Source of the DNA: Phoronis australis
Lineage: Eukaryota > Animalia > Phoronida
Assembly (NCBI GenBank): GCA_002633005.1
Contig: NMRA01000421.1
Coordinates: 200,171-264,170 of the forward strand
Length of the DNA stretch: 64,000 nt
Direction: 5' to 3'
The position numbers and the translations under genes are program-made. Below the pieces are notes generated by a model. The model did not search any database. It saw only the letters and a list, made by a program, of their open reading frames with translations, and had not been told where the DNA came from. Shown piece by piece: positions 25,001 to 37,000 of this stretch; position 1 is the first letter of the stretch, and the number at the start of each line of letters is the position of its first letter.

Positions 25001-28000
25001 ATATCCAGGAACATGACAATAAATCATGACATTATTCGGGGTTTTTTTCATGGGTTTCATGAAAATGAACGGGATATTTTATTGACATGAAGTGGACACA
25101 CTGTACTTGTTGTGACTTCTTGTTTGCTGCATGGTGTACAGAAACTGCAGACAATGTGATATTCCCCATCGTGAGAGCTCAGTGCAAGCTGAATTCTCCA
25201 TAATTCTAATGAGAGTGACCCCTTGTGAGGTGCTGTGTCACTACCCACTATGGGAAACGGTATTTTGTCTGATTACTTTTTGGGTGGGCTATAACGTGCC
25301 CGCATTTGGAGAACCAGTTGATGCCCGTTATTCAGTGCAGAAGTCGGGGAGAAAAACTGGTTCGTAAAATGCGGGCACGTTATATCAGACTCATTACCTT
25401 CAGTGTATACTGCACATTCACGTCAGTGTGATAATGATCGCAAAAAATTCTCCTGTTTAGGACAGTAAACAATATCTATTTTGTTCAAGGTCAGAGCTTG
25501 TACCTACCGTAATCGTTTGGGTTAACTCCCTAGGCGGTTAAATTGGCGAATCCAAAAAATCGGGGGAGGGCGGTTAACTGAGCAGTGGGCGGTTAAATCG
25601 AAAATCCACCTAAAGTAGGGGATGGGCGGTTAACCGAACATGGGCGCTTATTACGACAGACAACTGCCCTGGGCGGTTAATCTTACCTGGCGATCTAAAT
25701 CCCGACATGACAATCATACTCGGAACGCGTAGCCCTTTTCAAAGAGCTTTATCGTCAGGTCGCCAAATGACTGTGAAAATGTCATAATAGCGGATGATCC
25801 CAACAAAGGCTCTCTTGCCCTCAGATTAGTCATTCACTGTTAAATTTACAAAATTGCTGAGTAAATAGCCCCGTGCCGTCCTGCGGTGCGCAGACGACCA
25901 GTGACCTCGCAGCCTCCACTAGAATTAAAACTGTTTGAAGATGTGACCCTGCTTAAGTGCGCGCGTGCAAGCTTCACGTGTGCAGAGGTCAGACATCAAG
26001 TTACAGTCTCGTACTATATGTCACGGTAGCTGTCAAGTTCTGAGTCAGAGAGCAGTTTTAAAATTGGTTGTAATAAAAGTTTGAAAAACTTAACTCTGCT
26101 GCTTTTTTGTGTTTGGGATGTTATAGTCGACACTCCGTGACTCAATGACATTTTCAGCCTATGGTTCTGCGGCTAGCTGTCTTATCTCAACAGCCCTGCT
26201 CTCTTGCCGTTGCACCAAACATGTAATGCAAAGAAGTAAGGCAAGGATCGGGGGTGGTCGAGCCAGTCGTCGATCAAAAATAAAATTTCAAGCAACTGCA
26301 TAAATATGTTACAATATGTCAGAAAACAGCAATGTTTCAATTCATTATTCTAAACTATCACCTTACCAAACTTCGTGGTGGAAAAACATTTATGTTTCAT
26401 GCAAGATGTCCAGATTATCCTATTTATATCACTTGTAATATCGCACTGCGGCACTGTTCAGTCCCGCGGTTATCGTGCAATGTCTCAGTCGGCTGACAGT
26501 CGTGACTTTTATGGCCAAAGATAGTGGCGGTATTCAGCACGCACGTAGGGCCTACGTGTGAGTCACCTGTCAATCACATGTTGGTGTCAAGGTAACATGC
26601 ACTCCAAAGTGTGGGAACTTGCGCACATGCACCACTACAAATCAGTCACACATAGCGACAGTCCGACAAAGTAACAAAAACGGGCGTGACTATGTACTTT
26701 TAATCTGTTGTTACGAAAGACCCAGTTCTTTACGATATTCCTCCGTTGCCAATGTTCCCCAAAACTGCGACGTCAAGTCTATTCCCATATTTCCCGGCTC
26801 GATGCTCCCTAAGCCCATCCCTGTAACTAGCTGCGTGAATCTCCTACCCACTATCGTCAAGCAGTCTACGTCGTAGATATTTCAGACTCGAATGGTAAGA
26901 ATTTTTGTTCAGTCTGAAAATGGCCAATGTATAAACAAAATTATTCTGGATGGCTAAAAAGGAGATGTGGAAACGATAATTCACACAGTCACGCTTACGT
27001 GCAGGGGGCTGATGCAAGAAATAGTAAAGAAAAGCCATCGACATTAGTTAAATCTGCTAACCAGTTTGACTGAGATGCAATAAGCGAAAAATAAAATTTG
27101 ACTAGCCGTTTTTATTACTTCAAGATCATACACAAACATACATTATTGCCAACGTTTGAATTCAGAAATCGACAGGCAGCAACGAAATCGGTAACCCAGT
27201 AAGGCACTTGTACTGTCTCTTCGGTCGCCCCACATCCTCTATAACCCGGCAGTTATACTCATCAAAATATTGAGAATTTGACATCTTTCCGCGAGTTGTG
27301 AGATTTGTTCAAAATACGAGAGCTTCCCACCTTAATAGAATTTGGAGGGTTGGCAAAACCATTGTCACATTTCTCTGGCCTGATTTTTTCGAATATATGT
27401 TCTATCTAGTGCACTGCAGACAGAAACTCAGCGCGGCAGACAAAGTAGCTGAAATCGGAGGTTTTGACGCCGGCGGCGTTCTTAAACTTTGCAAACAAGG
27501 GAAGAAAATAAAGTGACAAAAAAGGTTCAAGTATTATGTTTTGAAGTGAGTTCATGACCCAAGACAATAACTCGTTACCTGTATTGTAATTCAGATTGCT
27601 AAACCACCGTCTCGGAGTCCCGGCGTCCTTGCACTCATTGTGATCATCGATCTTTTTCTAAAAGTCGGGGACTCGCGCGTTTCTTTAGCACTAGGCGCTA
27701 AATCTTCATTCTTTAAAAGTCGGGGATGGGCGCTTAACCGAGAGGTGGGCGCTTAACTGGAAATCTTCAAAAATCGCAGGGGGGCGCTTAACCGAGCAGT
27801 GGGCGGTTAAATCGAAAAACCACTTAAAGTCGGGGATGGGCGGTTAACTGAGCATGGGCGTTAACCCGAACGATTACGGTAATTTTAGAAATAGGTGATA
27901 TTTGCTGTCACAAATTCCAGAATGATCATTCATCTTGATCTGACTTATTATTAGGACACATAAAAATGTTGCATCAGCAGCTATTTTCAATGATTTGAAA

Positions 28001-31000
28001 ATTTGAGAAGACTATTATCAGATTATGTTAATACAAAACTCAGTGTCTGATATTGAGAAATATGATGAGCCCCAAAATTTTTCATGTCCCAATTAATGTT
28101 CAGAATCGAGAAGATTCAATTTAGGCTTGAATTTTGGCTTCTCAGAATTAGTAGAATTTTACCGTAGCAAAAACATTTGTTTATTTACCGGTACATTCAG
28201 TTAGCTAGGAAGTATGAATTTAATAGTCTTAATCAGTACATGTCATGTGGCTTTGTGCATTATACACGTGTCACTTGTTCTAATTTCCTGAATTTGCATG
28301 GTGTCACAGTTTCAGACTAGACTTTAGCTGTCATCGAGAGTCTAAGGTGTGCTAGATGTTTTTCCCTCAAGATCATAAATATGTAAATAGTTTTCTGTTG
28401 ACAGCAATTTCTGCATACTCATTGGTAATCTGGTTCGTTTATCCTTTTCAGCCCTTTAACAGGGGAGCAATGAGACAGTGTTATCGCCTGTAAGTACAAA
28501 TTGAGATATTTCAAATCGTAACAGGATTGTGTATCAGTGGAGGATTTTGTGTTCTCTATAACCCACCCTCCCCTCCACATGCAGAGAAGCACCCACGCCA
28601 TCAATAACCAATGCCATCCTTGGTATTTGAACATATCTGTATGCTTCCAAAAGTGTTGGTTCCACTAATCATAATTTATGATGAAATTGTAATGTATTGT
28701 GGATGCATGAAGTTGCCTAATGGTCACATTCTTTCCTTACCTTGGTCAAAAATCAATACTATGCTCATGGTGAATTTACTAGTAATTACATTACCTGCAT
28801 GAAACTGAGTATACATGCAGAAAGGCAGATATCTCTGCGTCATAGTGTATTTATTGACATTTTTGATACATGCATTTTAAATTTTTCTCACAGTATAAGT
28901 GGATATAATTACTATATTGCTGTCTCAAACTGATCTTGTTGTGGAATGTGCTAGTTTAATCTCCGAGATATATTTTTAACAATTAAAACAAATGCATCAC
29001 ATTTTATATTACTGGAAATGGTTTACCTGGATCATTTTATAAGACATCAAAGGCACTAAATGCAAAGACCGTTATTCCTTAGTACAAGAATGCTTATTTA
29101 TAGTTTGGCATTTGAATGTTGTTTAAAGATTTCATTTTTTTAAATCATTCATTGATTTTCATGATTACATTCAAGTTGAATTTCCATTTGTTTTGTGTCT
29201 GCATTTCGCACTGAAGTGGGATGCCTCATATTATTCACAAAAACTTATTGCTACTGCTTTCATTAAAGATCTGTTAATATTCAAGTTGCTCATGGACACT
29301 ATTTAGTAAGTTCAAGGTTCATTGCAGTCTGCTTGTAACTGTTTAAGTAGTTGTCTAGGTTCCTCATCCTGTTGTCAGAAAAGGATGTTTAGTGTGTTGG
29401 AAGTGAAATTTCCTCCACCTACATTTAGTCTTGAAGCTTGTCGTTTAGTTGATCAACCCACTTTACAGCAAGAAGCTATCTTCATTCACACACTCCGAGG
29501 ATTGGAAGAACGCAGCGAACTACGTTGCCAAGCGCTACATTGAGAACGTGGATCGGGATGTGTACTTTGAGGATGTGCATCTACAGATGGACGCCAAACT
29601 TTGGGGGGAAGAGTATAACAGGCATAATCCTCCCAAAAAGGTAAGTTGGCCCTTTGTCAATCCTCAGCACATCAAAGCCCTGTTGGAGTCATGATTCAGG
29701 TGTGTTTTACACTCACTGCTTTGCCATAAGCTCTTAATGATGCAGTGTCTCGCTAAAACTGATTATTTAAGTTTGTAGCGACCTCCACCTATTGACTTCC
29801 TGGAGAACTGTGTGTACAAGTATTATCAGGAAAAGCGTTTGTAAATAAATTATTGCAGTTTTGGAGAAAACACCACAGTTGATACACTTAAAAGCAAGTG
29901 TGAATAATTATTAAAAACCAGGCTAGTAATTCCAAATATTATGCAATCATTATTTGATGGTGAAATAAACAAATAATAAAAGCTATGCTTTGTTTCATCA
30001 AGTAACAACAGTGCTGTAGGGTTTTCCACAGATTCCATGTCGTTCTAAGAAATGTGGACGAGAAGTGTTTGTAAATACTGAGAATTTGCACTACCAGAGA
30101 TGCAAAATGGCTTGATTTTAAATATTGAAAGTACAGTGCCTTCTTTGTTCTCTTGGCTGGTATTGGGTCTTTGTCCACCATGATGAAATATTACTCATTT
30201 ACGTGAAAATAGTCTCGCAAAACAAGACCTTTTTGAAATTGTAATATTTTATGGTAACTGGTTTTCAGATGGTTTCCGGCACACTGGGGGCTCTGGGGTT
30301 GTGTGAAAATTAGTACTTAATTTGCATTTTCCCGTTTTTGGGGGACTAATAATTTAGACCACTTTTTGTTATTACGATTATTCTTTACCGGTCCCTTGTG
30401 ATTTCTGTGTTTTGGGAAAATTGTCAAGTGGCCATTGCTACGTTGGAAATTAGGGACAAGATGTTTTATGAGCAGAAAGCATGCTGTCGGTCAAATATGA
30501 GTGAACACATGGTGGAGATACTAGTTAAGGTTTAGCAGTTTTAGTAATTTATAAGAAAAATGTTTTAGTAATTTATAAGAAAAATGTTTTCATGTTTGAA
30601 TAGTTGGGTCCAAGATTGAACACTGAGTTAACTAGTTCATACTTAACAGCATTTATTTACTTTTGTTCATGGATAAAATGCTAGTACCGGGATAATTGAA
30701 CACTAAATGGAAATTACACTGTAGTTGATTATTAGCAGCGTTTGTAATAAAAGAAAATATTTAACATGTTCATGGTTGAAAGGTTGGTTCCTGGAATGAA
30801 CAATAGATGGAGATGATAGTAGTTGATCATAAGCAACATTCATAATAAAGAAAATATTTAACTTTGTTCATAAATAAAAGGCTAGCTGATTCAGGATTGA
30901 ACATCAGGAGCAGTTAAGTAGTTAGTGGAGATTTGAAAGAACACTTGACCCTGGTTCAGTGATTCCACCCAAAACTGTTTCTGTCACCTGCTATTTACAA

Positions 31001-34000
31001 ATGAAATCATTATTCAGCTAAAGCACTTTCCCACTGTGTCACAAACTGGAGCCTATAAGTTGATAGTGAGTGGTCTTTTCACACAGGTATTCATTAGCTT
31101 ATGCATTAGTCAGGCTGTAGCAGACTTTGTATGCAGTTTTCTGACTTGCTCCATACTTTAGGGGGTTGGTGAGCTTCGAGGGTTGGTGAGCTTTGAGGGT
31201 TGGTGAGCTTTGAGGGTTGGTGAGCTTCGAGGGTTGGTGAGCTTCGAGGGTTGGTGAGCGTCGAGGGTTGTCGAGGGTAATGAAGCATTATGTTGGAATA
31301 ACCATCTAAGTGATCTTGTGTTCATATCTGTAATTTTGCAGGTCATAAAGTGTTTAGCAGCCTTTGAAATAGTAAAAAAGAATTGTTGCTTGTTGTAGGT
31401 TGACATCTTCCAAATGTACGTGCTCGAGTTCACAGAGCGCGAGGGATCCCCCCTCTACCACCTGGAGCACTTCATTGAAGGCGACTACATCAAATACAAC
31501 TCTAACTCGGGTTTTGTTGAAGACAACAATAGGCTTACACCACATGCCTTCAGTCACTTCACCTTTGAGAGGTCGGGTCACGAGCTTATCGTCGTTGACA
31601 TCCAAGGTGTGGGAGATCTCTACACCGACCCTCAGATACACACACGTGAAGGTACATAGAGGGTGTAGTGACTAGTGTGATAGACTTTGAGATATGCAAG
31701 CACATGCACGCACATGCACGCACGCACACACACACACGAAGGTACGTAGTGAATGTAACGAGTAGTAGAACAGACCCTCAGGTACACAAATACAAAGATA
31801 CATTGAGGATGTGGCGAATAGTGGGAGCCTGTTGTTTTCTGATTTAATTATAGTTTAGAAATCAAAAAGTTATGTTTTTAGGTAAATAGTTTTTATTAAT
31901 AAAACGGTCAAGTGCTTCATTTTGCAATAGTGTTACGCTTTTTGATGCCGAAGTTATTTTGAAAGTCATTTAGGAAATCAAATAAAAAGCAAGTCAGTTA
32001 GTAGTGAATTATTGTTATTTATTATGAAGATTTCCCAGTCATTGTTGTCAAAAGTTTTTTAAAAGGCTCTCAAGTTACGCTCATCAAATAGACTAAAATT
32101 ATTGTCATTAAGGAAATCAAACGGTAAATTTTGTACAGCTTTATGTTTTTAAAAATTAATGTAACTATGTTTGTCTGATGTTTTGGCAATTTTTGATAAA
32201 TTTGGTGCTTTTTCCTTGCTCAGTCTGGTGTACCACTGGATTTGTTCTTATCATGCTCATCGCACATGATATATTTGAACAAATATCAAACTGTATAATT
32301 ATGCAAAAAGTAGTAGGACAAACTCACCAGTTATTCCCTGTCATGATGGCTCAGCTCCAGCGATATTCCCCATCATTGCAGGTGAGTAGCTAAGTTGACC
32401 CCTGTAGTAGCTGTCTGTCATGCTAGGGAATGACCTGGAATTTATCATCGTGGGAAAACTATTCACTGTTAATCTGGTTAGTGTCTAATGGAGCGCTGAC
32501 AAACTTCCTGATAACTAATAAAATGGCAGCACATTGTGAGCATAGATGCGATACACGCATGTGTCGCAACACTAACACACATGACAGTCACGTTTCTATC
32601 AGAATTGTGTTTATATTAAGATATCAGTGTGGCCCTCCTTTAAAATGTTCTCGCTATTGCACAAAATGTTCGTGTGAACATTCTTCTTGTCTTCAGACTA
32701 ATAATGATTTTTTTGTTGTTCAAATGGCCTGTTATTCAAAGTGGTTATTTTGCTACTGAATTTCATGAACAGTTCTTAGTATATAGGATTAAAACCATGT
32801 CCACGCATATGCTATTGCAGAAACAAGATTTTGACCAAGCAAAGATGGTAAAACTTTCATTTGTTTCACCATGACATCAGAGAGCAGTGACTTGTGTTGT
32901 TCACGTTGATAGTGATTGACAAGATAGGTATTTACAAGATGATGCATGTACACTGAAATTGGGTCGTCTTCTTGTGCATATCTAATGCACTATTGTGGCT
33001 CACCTCAGAAGACTGCGTGATGGTGTCGAAGCCAGAATGATGAGTCATGACGTGTCATTTTGTCATTTTCACCCAGACTAAATTGGAAGCAAATGCAGAC
33101 GGTATTGACTACTATTACGGTATTCTGTCTCATTTTCTTTTGGTTTGTTCTGTATTTGTTTAGAGAGTGCGGTGTTGCTATTGCTGGTGTTTGTATTAAT
33201 ATTTTTCTCACTCCCAGGCAGTGACTATGGCGATGGTAACCTTGGCACCCGAGGCATGGCACTGTTCTTCCACTCTCATATCTGTAACGACATCTGTGAG
33301 GCTCTCGGCCTGTCTCCTTTTGACTTGACAACAGAGGAGCTCTCATTCTCTAAGAAGTACATTGAAATGATGGTAAGTGGTTTTGGTGTCAGTTGCAAAT
33401 TGATCAGTTTTATAGAACGTTATTAAAGTGAATCTGTAAAATAATTTTTAAGCAATTAGTCTAGCTTACTAGACGTCATATCATGGTAAGCTTCCACCAT
33501 GAAAACATGGTCTGCTAAAGTAGGTTACCACTGGTTACTGAGTATAATGCCCAAGTCAAAGGATCCCGATGACATGTTACCCGTATTCAAACTGGAGATT
33601 GTTGATTTACTAGTTAGAGAAAATGACAGATAAATTTTACTGAATTAAAGATGTTCTGTTTAATATTAAAATTGTGCTTCTTATTTTTCCGTGTCGGTAC
33701 AATGCCGTTTGTTGAACATTATTGAGCGTCCTCATTTACGTATTTAAATTTCACGTTTGATGATGTCAGCTGCTGAGTGGCGCAGCGGTGAAGTCGATGA
33801 CTCGAAATTCTTGCAAATCGTGTTCGAAACTGGCCTCAGTTTCCCGCCAAAATATTATTCTGAATAACTTAATGGGTTATTTAACGGTTGTATTGGGCAT
33901 GTCAGGCTGATAATGTGGTATAAAAGGACATTATTGGTTTTACTACTGGAAAATGAATTTTAGGATAATTTTGTTGGTTGAAGTAGACTTCTTGAAGTTA

Positions 34001-37000
34001 TTTGCTTTGACAAGAGTTAAATAACAACAGAATCTGTTATTTTGTGGTTATATTACAAATTGCCAGTTCTCGTATTATTGTCCATCAGATATTCACTGCA
34101 ATAAAGGCTGGTGGCTTTACCAGTTAAATAATATATTGAAAATGGTCAACATTTATCACATTTAGGTTTATCTCCAACTGCAGATTGTTATACCGCAACA
34201 GCAGGAGTGCAGATTCGTTTCAGTGCTCCGGCTGTTCTAAAAATTACTTTTCTTGCCAGTAATGTCAGTTTAAGTAAATTTTGATTTTTTTGTATTAAGT
34301 TACTTAATTTGCAAATCAGTTCTTCCATTTCAAAGTTATAACTTTTCACATTTAGACTGTATCCCTTCTAAACTTCATACAGTCCATGTTCTTCTATGAG
34401 TCAGTGTACATTTTTCCCACCAGAAATTCCCATTGTTGCGATTGCAGCATATTGTGACCAATCATGTTTCTTTTATTTCCTTAATGTTTATAGAGGGACG
34501 CCACTACCAAAGTGGTGAGAAAGAAGATGGATATTGTCAACTTCCCGTCACCGAGAGATCGCGGCGACCTCACCAACTTTTTGTCAAGATCCAGAAATGT
34601 ATCGGAGTGTTCACTGGCCTCAGATCCTGACACACCCTCAGATGTTGACATGATGAGTCCTAAAGAAAGGTAGGCAGTGGTCCATGGCAGTGTTGCCTAA
34701 ATGTGCCTTCAGGCGCTGTGGTAAACATTCTCCAGTTTGAGACAGTGTAATATAATTTTGTTGCTCAGGTTTGGAGGTTGTACCAAATTTTAGAAATAGT
34801 TCATACTGGCTGTCCCAAATTCAAGGATGAGGATCAGCATCATACCACCATTCACCTCGATGTTGAACACCATTGGGGTACATGAAAGTGTTGCATGGCC
34901 AGATACTTTCTACGATTTTTTGAACTGTCAAGGCTATTTTCAGACATTGTTGATTGAAATGCTGTATCCGATGCGATGAATACCAAAATCGCCCTAGTCC
35001 CAGTCTTTAGAATCAAGAAAATTCAAATTCGGCTTGAATTTCTGTGTGCCATATTAAAGAGACTGTCCCAAAATTTGGAGAATGTTTATTGTAGTCTCCG
35101 TGTTGTGGCCATGTGAGCATGACAGTCCTTATTTCACCAGCATACACATAATCAGTTAAGTCTTACCAAATGTAGGACACAATGTGGCCTACTGGCAGGC
35201 AATGTCTTGATAAATTGTTACCACTCACTGCATTGTTAGAAGCCTTTGGTAACTATATTAATGAGCTTCTTATGTAATCATACTTCAATGCATGACAGTA
35301 TTTGAATTTTTATAAAAAATGATCCATAACAACATTTTGAATTTAAAATACATATTTACCTTTAGTTACAAAAAGAAGTAATGCTATTAGTGTTATGTAA
35401 ATATTTGTATTGAAATGTTCTGCAGCTTTAGATGTATGCATTTTACCTTTGAGTCATTGTTGTTTATTATAACTTAACACAGTGCGCCTATGAATTAACC
35501 TTTACATGGCTACATATTCTTAAAACGTACTTTCAGCATGTCTACCCTGCTTTTTCTAGAGCTCATTCACTTCCGCTAGACATAAACAGTCATTTGCACT
35601 GTTACTGGTGCAGAGTTGGCAGGGTGTTAGGGGCCAATGATCACTTCATCTTGCTGACAGGATCAGCCATGCCATGTAACCATGATAATGACCTGGGGTC
35701 AAGAAGGTCAGCCTGGCCTTGTAACCATGGCTATGAGTGAGTGGTACTGCAAGAGACCCTGCTTGTGGCTTTGGTATGGGTCTTGGACAGTGCCAAACTT
35801 CAATTTTGTGCAAAACTTAAGCACTCGATATTGTCTTATTGTCAACTTTTCATTGGACATTTTTGTTTTTTTTTGCTTATTGATAATGTTCATCAATTAA
35901 TAGAAGATCTTCTGCTTATTGATAACGTTCATTGATAAATAGATTCTGAAGATCTTTTGCTTATTGATAACGTTCATTGATAAATAGATTCTGAAGATCT
36001 TTTGCTTATTGATAGTTCCTTGATAAATAGATTCTGAAGATCTTTTCCTTATTGATAACGTTCATCAATTAATAGAAGATCTTTTCCTGCACAAAGCACG
36101 TCATTCCAATTTCATATCTCTTGACGGCAAGCAATGCATTATGGGTTCAGGAAAGAATTACGCAGTGTGAATTCATTTATTCACAGAAACCCTAGCACGA
36201 AAAAAGATTTTTGGTCACAAGCCATAAATTGTGAAGATGATTTCCGGCTCCTTTGTCTATGTTATGTCTGTTTTTGACCATTCTAACGTGCAATAAGCAA
36301 AAAAGTGTCGACTACATCAATATGAACACCACGTGGTCAGGCACTGTAAGCTCGCTGATGTAGAAGCTTTGTCCTTTTTGTTGGCAATTTTTGGGAATTT
36401 GGAAGAGCAGTACTATTTTATACATGTGGCATAGCCCTGCTGATCACCTTGAAGTAGTGAGCATGCATGTAGTTAGACTTTATAATTTGCTAGACCTGAA
36501 ACGGCAGCGCTTTGTGATTAATTTCAGCTGTCCAAGGATAAGAGCCATTTCAGCTGGTTCAGAAGTACAACCTGAACTGAACTCTCTGTGAGCATGTTTG
36601 ACAGTAGACATTCTTTCTCTGCTTTCACATTGTTTTACGTTTTGCTTTTGATGAGCTTGCATTTATGGTTGATCTCAACTTGCCTGTTTTAACCACATGT
36701 TCTATACCATGCACAACCTTATTTCAATTGGGACATGTGTTTTTGGCTTGATTCACTTCTTTCTAGTCTGCATTTTATGTACTCACATGCGTGTATAGTG
36801 TGTGGGTGCATTACGCCAACATCTACGTCCGTCCGGCATGTGCTGCTGAAATTGGTTTGGGCGAAATTAGTGAAAAACAAAATATTCTTCTAAATAATTT
36901 TGGGAGTGCGAAATGAGGTGAGTGTGCTGTACATTTGGATAATTGAGGTATCTCCGAGACGTCCTGTTGGTTCTTTGTTAAATTTGACTGCTGCATTTCC

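Noticed and set aside
33773-33845. Possible tRNA gene
   Set aside because: A/B boxes are present but stems do not pair; treated as a SINE remnant
35537-35579. Alternative acceptor TTTCAG at 35536 for the candidate cassette exon
   Set aside because: Gives an in-frame TAG within 14 codons; the 35559 acceptor is the only productive one
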